Notes under the pieces: generated by a model
Seen by the model: the letters and a program-made list of their open reading frames with translations, nothing else
Told to the model about the DNA's origin: nothing
The model's database searches: none
From: Deltaproteobacteria bacterium
GTDB lineage: Bacteria > Desulfobacterota > B13-G15 > RBG-16-54-18
Direction: 5' to 3'
Assembly (NCBI GenBank): GCA_016927065.1
Contig: JAFGNJ010000007.1
Location: 51,944-115,943 of the forward strand
DNA: 64,000 nucleotides
Shown here: piece after piece, positions 40,843 to 48,284 of the stretch
Layout of the letters: every line of letters starts with the position of its first letter
Position numbering within the stretch: the stretch's first letter is position 1
Translations under genes and position numbers: made by a program

Positions 40843-43170
40843 GTGGCGTTGACAGAGGCCGACACCAGGGCAAAGCTCATTGACCCCGCATTACATCGGC
40901 GCGGCTGGACAGAAGACCTTATTCGCCGCGAAGAGACAGATCGCGGAATCGATGTTGTCGACGGCAAACCAAGGCGAAGAGAACGGGGAAGAACAGATTA
41001 CCTCTTACAGGTTCGAGTCAACATTACCGCACAACCTATTCCCCTTGGTCTGATCGAAGCAAAGCGAGATAATGAGCCGCCCGATAAGGGTCTTGAGCAG
41101 GCCAAAAAATATGCCCGATTGAATCATGTCCCTTTTGTATTTTCCTCTAATGGGCATCTCTTCGTGGAATACGACCACTTGACCGGCAAAACTTCTAAAC
41201 CCCAATCCCTTGAAGTCTTTCCAACACCTTCTAAACTTCGCCAACGTTATGAAAAAAGGAGCAAGGTTTCATTAGAGGCTGAAGAGGCCAAACCGCTCCT
41301 GGTTCCATATCCAGGCGGAGAGGCAAGCAGGCGCTATTATCAAGACGCTGCCATCCGTGCGGCACTGGAAAAAATCTTCCAAGGCCAAAAGCGGGTGCTC
41401 CTCTTTCTTGCGACGGGTTCAGGAAAGACCTTTATCGCAGTTCACCTTTTGAAAAAGATTGCCGATGCCGGGCAGCTCCATCGGGCATTATTCGTCTGTG
41501 ACCGTGATGAGTTACGTTCGCAAGGGCTCGGTGCATTTCAAAATGTCTTCGGGGCGGATGCCGCTGAAGTAAGCACGGCGAACCCCCAGAAGAACGCCCG
41601 TATATTGATTGCGACCTATCAAACACTCAATGTGGCAGGAGAGGTCGAAGACGCCAAATTCTTTCTTGAAAACTACCCTGAGAACTATTTTAGCCACATT
41701 ATCATCGATGAGTGCCACCGAAGCGCATGGGGCAAATGGAGCATCGTATTAACAAGAAACCCTGATGCCGTTCAGATAGGTCTAACCGCAACCCCTCGCC
41801 ACTGGGAAGGTGGGGTGGAGGAAGAACGCAAAGAAGATGAAGAAATCACGGCCAATAATCTCCGGTACTTTGGCGAACCGGCCTATGAATATGATATGGC
41901 CCAGGGGATTGAGGACGGCTATCTCCCTGCCTGCGAGGTCATCAGGCGTATGACAGATTTGGATGAAACTGGGGTGACGCGCGAAGATATCGAGCGCTTA
42001 GGGGGGAAGGATGCCATAACAGGACAGCCCATCTCGGTTGCCGACGCCAGAAGGTACTATGAAGCGCCGTCTTTCGAAGCTTCTATCCAACTGCCTGATA
42101 GGGTTAGGACCTGGTGCAAGGACCTCTTTGAGATGCTCCTGCAAACCGGCGGCCCTCATCAGAAGACCGTTATTTTCTGTGTTCGTGACACCCATGCCGA
42201 TGCCGTTGCTGCGGAGATGAATAATCTTTATGCTGAGTGGTGCGCCAAAGAAGGCCAAAATAGATGGGAGCCTTATGCCTTCAAATGCACCGCCGCTGTC
42301 GGTGGCAGTCAATATATCGCGGATTTGCGAGGCTCGGAGCGAAGTCACGTTATCGCCACCACCGTTGATCTCATAACCACGGGCGTTGATGTGCCGATAC
42401 TTCGCAATGTCGTTTTCTTTAAATATGTCCGTTCTCCTATCTCCTTTCAGCAGATGATGGGGAGGGGATCAAGAATTCATTTGCCTACCAATAAGTTGAT
42501 GTTCCGCGTCTATGACTATACAAACGCCACCCGTCTTTTGGGAAAGGATTTCATTACAAGACCTACCCCACCTCAACCTCCAGGGCCACCAGCGCCGCCT
42601 GAAAAGATAATCCGCGTGGAAGGTTTTGATGTCCACGTAAATCCTGCCGGAACCTATATTGTTATCGGGAAAGAAGGAAAATTGGGAATGGTTACGGTAG
42701 AAGAATATAAACAAAGCCTTGCTGAACACTTAGTTGGAGAGGCTAAGACACTTGATGATTTTCGACACCAGTGGATCAACGTACAGGATCGAAAAAGGCT
42801 GATAGACGCTCTTCCAGATGATGGGCAGGGGATAAGACTCCTTCGGGAACTCTTGAACCGCAAAGAATATGACCTTTTTGACGTGCTGGCGGAGATTGGA
42901 TTTGGTGTAGCTCCAAAGAGTCGTAGGGAAAGGGTAGAAGCGCTCCACTACAAACACGGTGATTGGTTTAAGGGTTTACCTAAGAAGACAGCGAATACAT
43001 TGCTTGCCCTTGCCAGGCAATTTGAAAAGAGTGGAACCGAGGAATTAGAAAATCCCCATGTGTTCAATGTCCCTGATGTGGTCAAAGCGGGTGGTCTGGA
43101 AGCCCTCAAAATTCTCGGCGATCCTAAAAAAATTATTAGCGAGACTAAAGAGAGATTGTTTGCAGCATGA
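40843..43170 (+). CDS. hsdR: type I restriction endonuclease R subunit
   Basis: N-terminal PD-(D/E)xK region (DYLL...IEAKRD) and SF2 helicase motifs LATGSGKTF, IIIDECHRS, LTATP, QMMGRGSR. The C-terminal region resembles the EcoEI-type R C-terminal domain, 775 aa. Confidence 0.92.
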   Translation: MALTEADTRAKLIDPALHRRGWTEDLIRREETDRGIDVVDGKPRRRERGRTDYLLQVRVNITAQPIPLGLIEAKRDNEPPDKGLEQAKKYARLNHVPFVFSSNGHLFVEYDHLTGKTSKPQSLEVFPTPSKLRQRYEKRSKVSLEAEEAKPLLVPYPGGEASRRYYQDAAIRAALEKIFQGQKRVLLFLATGSGKTFIAVHLLKKIADAGQLHRALFVCDRDELRSQGLGAFQNVFGADAAEVSTANPQKNARILIATYQTLNVAGEVEDAKFFLENYPENYFSHIIIDECHRSAWGKWSIVLTRNPDAVQIGLTATPRHWEGGVEEERKEDEEITANNLRYFGEPAYEYDMAQGIEDGYLPACEVIRRMTDLDETGVTREDIERLGGKDAITGQPISVADARRYYEAPSFEASIQLPDRVRTWCKDLFEMLLQTGGPHQKTVIFCVRDTHADAVAAEMNNLYAEWCAKEGQNRWEPYAFKCTAAVGGSQYIADLRGSERSHVIATTVDLITTGVDVPILRNVVFFKYVRSPISFQQMMGRGSRIHLPTNKLMFRVYDYTNATRLLGKDFITRPTPPQPPGPPAPPEKIIRVEGFDVHVNPAGTYIVIGKEGKLGMVTVEEYKQSLAEHLVGEAKTLDDFRHQWINVQDRKRLIDALPDDGQGIRLLRELLNRKEYDLFDVLAEIGFGVAPKSRRERVEALHYKHGDWFKGLPKKTANTLLALARQFEKSGTEELENPHVFNVPDVVKAGGLEALKILGDPKKIISETKERLFAA

Positions 43171-44387
43171 ATGAGAGATATCCCCTTCCACAAGGCTGGC
43201 GTTGGGTGAAACTAGGGGAAGTGTGTGAAAAACCTGTCTATGGTTATACTGCAAGTGCGGAGCATAAAGAAGTAGGACCAAAGTTTTTACGAATTACAGA
43301 TATTCAAAATGGAAAAGTAGATTGGGATAGAGTTCCCTATTGTAGAGATAATGAGGGATTAGAAAAATACTTGCTTAAGTCTGGAGATGTTTTATTTGCT
43401 CGAACAGGAGCTACAACTGGGAAAAGTTTCCTTATTACGGAAACCCCCCAAAAAACAATTTTTGCTTCTTACCTTATACGAGTCAGAACAGGAAACAACT
43501 TAATGTCAGAATTTCTATATCAATTTCTTCAAAGTGATTTTTATTGGCAGCAGGTCGAAAGCAACAAGCGTGGTGGTGCTCAACCAAATATGAATGCTAC
43601 TTTACTCAGCCACATCGATTTACCTTTACCTCCTCTTCCAGGACAGAAACGGATAGTTGCAAAAATTCAAGAATTAATGCAAGAGATCGAACGTGCCCGA
43701 TCTGCCTGCGAAAAGCAATTAGAGGCAGCAGGGGCTTTGCCTGCTGTTTACCTGCGACAGATCTTCGAAAGCGAAGAGGCAGAGAAGTGGGAGAGGAAGA
43801 CACTAGGTGAAGTCATCTCATTTATAAAAAATGGAATAGTAGCAGAACAGAACTTTGATGGAAAAGGATTCCAGGTTACCAGAATAGAAACAATTTCCAA
43901 TGGAGTTTTAGATTCAGGAAAGATTGGTTGGGTAAACTTGCCATTAGGGAATTTTACAAACTTCAAGTTATTCAAAGGTGATATTCTATTTAGCCATATA
44001 AATAGTGTCGAGAGGCTTGGGAATTGTGCTATTTACGAAGGTATCCCTGAAAATCTTTATCATGGGATGAATCTTCTTCGTATTAAGGCTGATGAAAATA
44101 TTTTGAATCCATATTTTCTTTTGTACTGGCTTCGATCTAATCCTTGCAAAGATTATTATATCACTAATGCCAGAAGAGCCATTGGGCAAGCAAGCCTAAA
44201 TCAGAAAGATATGAGGCAAATACCAATTCGTTTACCAACTCTCTCAATCCAACAAAGCATTTGTTCTGAACTTAAAGAAAAAATGGCTCACGTTGAAAAA
44301 CTGCAATCTACAATCCAAAATCAGCAATCGGCATTAGAAGCCTTACCCCATTCAATTCTAACAAAAGCGTTTAAGGGTGAGTTATGA
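43167..44387 (+). CDS. hsdS: type I restriction-modification specificity subunit
   Basis: LPQGWRWVKLGEV... and two target-recognition domains. They are separated by conserved helices (LPPLPGQKRIVAKIQELM... and LPTLSIQQSICSELKEKM...). ATGA overlap with the hsdR stop. Confidence 0.9.
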   Translation: MNERYPLPQGWRWVKLGEVCEKPVYGYTASAEHKEVGPKFLRITDIQNGKVDWDRVPYCRDNEGLEKYLLKSGDVLFARTGATTGKSFLITETPQKTIFASYLIRVRTGNNLMSEFLYQFLQSDFYWQQVESNKRGGAQPNMNATLLSHIDLPLPPLPGQKRIVAKIQELMQEIERARSACEKQLEAAGALPAVYLRQIFESEEAEKWERKTLGEVISFIKNGIVAEQNFDGKGFQVTRIETISNGVLDSGKIGWVNLPLGNFTNFKLFKGDILFSHINSVERLGNCAIYEGIPENLYHGMNLLRIKADENILNPYFLLYWLRSNPCKDYYITNARRAIGQASLNQKDMRQIPIRLPTLSIQQSICSELKEKMAHVEKLQSTIQNQQSALEALPHSILTKAFKGEL

Positions 44388-45196
44388 AAGTCGAAGTTCT
44401 TCTAAAGAAAATTAAAGAATTTAAGGATCGTTTAAATGAACATTTTGAATTATGGGGAAATTCATTAAATAATACCATTCCGGATTATCCCATAAGAAAT
44501 AGCGCCAAGTTAAAAGAACAACAAATACAACTTTTCAGATTATATTACCAGCTTGATGAATATCTAACAAAATTTAGTAAATGTCGATTAATGCGTCACC
44601 CTGCGACTGGTATTGAATGGGATGTATACCAATCTTCGATTGGTAACGACGTTGCACAAATTAAAGGACCTTCTTTAAGTAATGCGCTTTTGGAACTTGA
44701 GGGGATTATTGGGATATTAGAAGGAGAAGATCAGGAAAAGGAGATTATGGCTGGTCGTATTTCGCGTGAGGACAAAAGGGTTTTTATAAGTCATGGCGGC
44801 GAAACTAAAGCCCTGGTCAAAATAGAGCGTTTTCTGAGAGGTTTAGGCATCACTCCTCTTATTGTTAAACATGAACCCAGTTTAGGAAAATCTTTGGACG
44901 ATTTGGTTGAAGAGCAAATGGATACTTGTATAGCAGTTATAATACTTGCTACGAAAGACGATAAAATTAAGAACGAAAAAGGAGAAGAGTATTACCAACC
45001 TCGGCCTAATGTTATACATGAAATAGGGCTTGCTCAAGAAAAGGTTAAGGACAGAATAATATATCTCAAAGAAGAAGATTGTGTTTTTCCTTCAAATATT
45101 TCTCCGAAAGTTTGGGGGAATTTTACCCAAGATAATATGGAAGAAGCATTTATTAAGATAGCAAAAGAGCTTAAAGCATTTGGCATCATTGAATAG
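44384..45196 (+). CDS. TIR-like domain protein (COG4271/PF10137 Cap12-PycTIR type) with unknown N-terminal helical domain
   Basis: Residues about 131-250 read RVFISHGG...FLRGLGITPLIVKHEPSLGKSL...CIAVIILATKDD...RPNVIHEIGLA...FPSNIS, the family signature (VFIVHGHD / FAVVLLTPDD / RQNVIFELG / PSDISG). ATGA overlap with the hsdS stop, and the hsdM GTG follows 8 nt after its stop. Confidence 0.75.
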   Translation: MKVEVLLKKIKEFKDRLNEHFELWGNSLNNTIPDYPIRNSAKLKEQQIQLFRLYYQLDEYLTKFSKCRLMRHPATGIEWDVYQSSIGNDVAQIKGPSLSNALLELEGIIGILEGEDQEKEIMAGRISREDKRVFISHGGETKALVKIERFLRGLGITPLIVKHEPSLGKSLDDLVEEQMDTCIAVIILATKDDKIKNEKGEEYYQPRPNVIHEIGLAQEKVKDRIIYLKEEDCVFPSNISPKVWGNFTQDNMEEAFIKIAKELKAFGIIE

Positions 45197-45204
45197 GAGC
45201 AAAT

Positions 45205-46713
45205 GTGCCTAAATTAAATAACCGCAAAATCACATCTCCTCAATCGCTGAATGCCTATATCAAGGGTATCTGCGACATTATGCGGAGGTCGGGGAGGGCG
45301 GGGGCGCTTCAATATGTCCCTGAGCTTACGTGGATGCTCTTCCTTCGCATTCTTGATGAACGAGAAGAAAAAGAGGCGGAGCAAGCAAAGGCGGTGGGCG
45401 CCGATTTCAGCCCATCCTTGGAGTATTCCTACCGCTGGCGGGATTGGGCAGTGTCTGATGGAGACAAGCGGCAAGAACTTCAGAAAGGAACCCTGGGCGG
45501 GTTTATGAGTTTCGTTAACGGCGACCTCCTTCCAGCGTTGAGAAAATTGAAGGATAAACCAGGTGCGACTCCGCGCCAGAAGGTTGTCAGCGAGGTCTTT
45601 TCGTCTTTTGAGAGAACCGGTGTGGATACGGAGCGGAACCTTCTGGACATCCTCGATAAGATCAATGAGCTTTCTTTAGACCATGTTGATGAAACTCATA
45701 TGTTTCCCATCTCCCAAGTCTATGAAGGGTTGCTCCAGAAGATGGGGGAGAAGAATAATGATGGCGGCCAGTTCTTCACGCCGAGAGAGGTTATTCGGGT
45801 AATGGTAAGGGTAATTGACCCGAATATTGGGGAGGTAGTCTATGACCCATGCTGCGGCACAGGAGGTTTTTTGGCCCAGGCATACCAGCACATGAAGCAA
45901 AAAACAAAGACAGGGATGGATATAGAAACACTTAAAACCAGGACATTTTATGGGCGAGAGAAAGAGAATTTGGTCTATCCCATCGCTTTAGCAAACCTTG
46001 TGCTTCAGGAGATTGATGAACCCCACATCTGGCATGGGAATACATTAACAGGGCTTGAGATTTATGGCGGTCTCTTCTCCGGCGCACCTGCTCTGTTTGA
46101 TGTAGTGCTCACCAATCCTCCCTTCGGCGGGAAAGAAGGTAAAGATGCCCAAACGCGATTTGCCTACAAAACAGGCGCAACCCAGGTGCTTTTCCTCCAA
46201 CACGTTATCGATAGTCTTGTACCAGGCGGGAGATGCGGGATTGTTATGGACGAAGGCGTGCTCTTTCGCACGAACGAAACCGCCTTTGTGCAGACTAAGC
46301 GCAAACTTCTCAATGAGTGCAACCTGTGGTGCATTGTAAGCCTTCCTCCAAAGGTTTTCATGAATGCCGGTGCTGCGAGTAAGACCAACCTGTTATTTTT
46401 TACAAAAGGTGAACCGACAAAAGAGATCTGGTATTACGATCTGGCTGATCTCAATATAACCAAAAAGCAACCCTTGGCCTTGGCGCAATTTGACGAATTT
46501 TTCAAGTTGCTCCCTGAAAAAGCAAGCAGCGACCGATCCTGGCGCGTGCCGATAGAAGAGATACAGGCAAAAAAATATGATATCAAGGCGGTAAATCCCA
46601 ACCGTAAAAGCGGAGGAGACACCAGAACACCTGAAGAGTTGCTTACCATTATTGAGGAACAAACAGAAGAGATTAAAAAGGCATTAATAGAATTAAGACA
46701 CAAAGGCGTCTGA
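45205..46713 (+). CDS. hsdM: type I restriction-modification N6-adenine DNA methyltransferase subunit
   Basis: HsdM_N-like N-terminus, AdoMet motif VYDPCCGTGGFL and catalytic NPPFGG. GTG start lies 5 nt after AGGAG. Confidence 0.93.
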   Translation: MPKLNNRKITSPQSLNAYIKGICDIMRRSGRAGALQYVPELTWMLFLRILDEREEKEAEQAKAVGADFSPSLEYSYRWRDWAVSDGDKRQELQKGTLGGFMSFVNGDLLPALRKLKDKPGATPRQKVVSEVFSSFERTGVDTERNLLDILDKINELSLDHVDETHMFPISQVYEGLLQKMGEKNNDGGQFFTPREVIRVMVRVIDPNIGEVVYDPCCGTGGFLAQAYQHMKQKTKTGMDIETLKTRTFYGREKENLVYPIALANLVLQEIDEPHIWHGNTLTGLEIYGGLFSGAPALFDVVLTNPPFGGKEGKDAQTRFAYKTGATQVLFLQHVIDSLVPGGRCGIVMDEGVLFRTNETAFVQTKRKLLNECNLWCIVSLPPKVFMNAGAASKTNLLFFTKGEPTKEIWYYDLADLNITKKQPLALAQFDEFFKLLPEKASSDRSWRVPIEEIQAKKYDIKAVNPNRKSGGDTRTPEELLTIIEEQTEEIKKALIELRHKGV

Positions 46714-46757
46714 ATAAAGTCCTATAAGTTGATGAAAAAGGAAATTATTAACGATGA

Positions 46758-46810
46758 CCGCCCTGACTACCCTTGCGGGAGAGCCCCCTGGGCTCTTATC
46801 ATCAGGGCGG
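46758..46810 (+). other. nested hairpin downstream of hsdM
   Basis: Outer stem CCGCCCTGA (46758..46766) / TCAGGGCGG (46802..46810). Inner stem AGAGCCC (46780..46786) / GGGCTCT (46790..46796) with a 3-nt loop. There is no U-tract, so it is not a canonical terminator. Confidence 0.4.
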
Positions 46811-47060
46811 AACCTTTACTAAATAGTATGGCATTAGAAATTTAAAAGTCAACAAAAATGTCCTACATTAATCCTCAGATAGGCGAATACATCCTCAGCG
46901 AGGTCGTGAATATATGAAGGACCGAGATTTTACCGATCGTCGGTTCAATAAGCATGAAACACATTAATTGTATCTGCGGTTTGATGCAACTGATGGCGAT
47001 TTCTCAAGGCTTCCTAATCAATAACCCCATAAAGTCGTGGTAATAATACCTAACATTCCC

Positions 47061-47089
47061 TTGACAGAATATCTTTCTAAGAGTATACT
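47061..47089 (+). promoter_or_regulatory. near-consensus sigma70 promoter of the TA-like pair
   Basis: TTGACA (47061..47066), an exactly 17-nt spacer, then TATACT (47084..47089). It is followed by a GAGGAG SD and ATG 47119. Confidence 0.65.
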
Positions 47090-47118
47090 TGCTTTTAGAA
47101 GAAGAGAGGAGCGAACCG

Positions 47119-47910
47119 ATGGGTGAGGTTTATAGAGAACTTGGAAGTAGGATTAAAAAATTGAGGGAACAACGGGGGATGAGCCAACAGAGGCTTGCAG
47201 AATTGTTCGGGTTTTCACGTCCTACCATAACGCAAATAGAGATGGGAGAGAGAAAGATATCTGCCGATGAGTTAATAAAGCTGGCGCAGATATTTGATGT
47301 CTCCGTGGAGCACCTGCTTGGTGTGAAAAAGGAGCCGGAGGTGATCCTTAAAGAGACCGAAAAGAAACAAAAGATAAAACCTCAAATAAGAATCAATGTG
47401 CCACAAAAAAATTTAGAAAAGTTCAAGGAAGTTATTATATACATCCTCAACAAGGTCGGTTCAAAGCCTAATATTGGAGAGACGGCGATTTATAAGCTTC
47501 TCTATTTCATTGATTTTGACTTTTACGAGAAATACGAAGAGCAGTTAATTGGTGCAACTTACATTAAGAACCGTTACGGGCCAACGCCAATAGAATTCAA
47601 AAAAGTAGTGGATAAAATGCTTAGAGATAGAGAAATTATAAAGGTTAAAAGTAATTATTTCGAATACCCTCAAACAAAATATTTGCCCTTAAGAAAAGGA
47701 GACCTTTCCAAGCTAAAGGCAAACGAAATCGAAACTATAGATGATGTCCTGAACAGACTCTCTGATATGAACGCCTCTCAAATAAGCGAATACTCCCATA
47801 ATGATATTCCCTGGCTTACAACAGAAGATCAAGGAATCATTGAATACGAGTCTGTTTTCTATAGAACCGCGGCTTATTCGATAAGAGAATATAGTGAAAA
47901 TATTCAATGA
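47119..47910 (+). CDS. XRE-family HTH fused to Panacea/DUF4065 (SocA-like) antitoxin domain
   Basis: N-terminus IKKLREQRGMSQQRLAELFGFSRPTITQIEMGERKISADELIKLAQIF is an HTH_3 domain. The C-terminal IYKLLYFIDFDFYEKYEEQLIGATYIKNRYGPTP matches the DUF4065 pattern. The ORF-track TTG start at 47089 lies inside the -10 box, so ATG 47119 is preferred. Confidence 0.75.
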   Translation: MGEVYRELGSRIKKLREQRGMSQQRLAELFGFSRPTITQIEMGERKISADELIKLAQIFDVSVEHLLGVKKEPEVILKETEKKQKIKPQIRINVPQKNLEKFKEVIIYILNKVGSKPNIGETAIYKLLYFIDFDFYEKYEEQLIGATYIKNRYGPTPIEFKKVVDKMLRDREIIKVKSNYFEYPQTKYLPLRKGDLSKLKANEIETIDDVLNRLSDMNASQISEYSHNDIPWLTTEDQGIIEYESVFYRTAAYSIREYSENIQ

Positions 47911-48265
47911 AATTTCCCGTTTGCCCGAGTTCAATAGGGATTTTCAGAGACTTTTTAAAAAATTTAAAACCCTAGAAGATGATTTTAAGATCTTTATAGA
48001 AATACAATTGAACCTCTATCATAAGAAAAAGATAGATAATAAAGGCATCTTTCCACTAACCGGCTTAGGGTTAGAATATCCAAGAATATACAAGGCAAAA
48101 AAGTTTGCATGTAGATCTCTAAAAAGCAAAGGGGTTCAGTCGGGTATTAGAGTAATCTATGCTTATTTTGAGGATGCGGATAGAATTGAGCTAATCGAGA
48201 TTTATTACAAAGGGGATAAACAAAGTGAAGACAAAGATAGAATATCGAAACATTACAGAAGGTAG
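47894..48265 (+). CDS. RelE/ParE/HigB-superfamily toxin-like protein
   Basis: 123 aa and basic. The C-terminal GIRVIYAYFEDADRIELIEIYYKGDKQSEDKDRI resembles the RelE/Gp49-type beta-strand plus K-rich motif. 17-nt overlap with the upstream antitoxin-like gene. Confidence 0.6.
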   Translation: MKIFNEISRLPEFNRDFQRLFKKFKTLEDDFKIFIEIQLNLYHKKKIDNKGIFPLTGLGLEYPRIYKAKKFACRSLKSKGVQSGIRVIYAYFEDADRIELIEIYYKGDKQSEDKDRISKHYRR

Positions 48266-48284
48266 GGGAGCGTAGAGAAATAAC

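Noticed and set aside
46858-46975. Mini-ORFs MSYINPQIGEYILSEVVNI and MKDRDFTDRRFNKHETH considered as real small genes.
   Set aside because: They are too short, lack an SD, and overlap each other oddly. They are treated instead as a possible decayed radC remnant (see findings).
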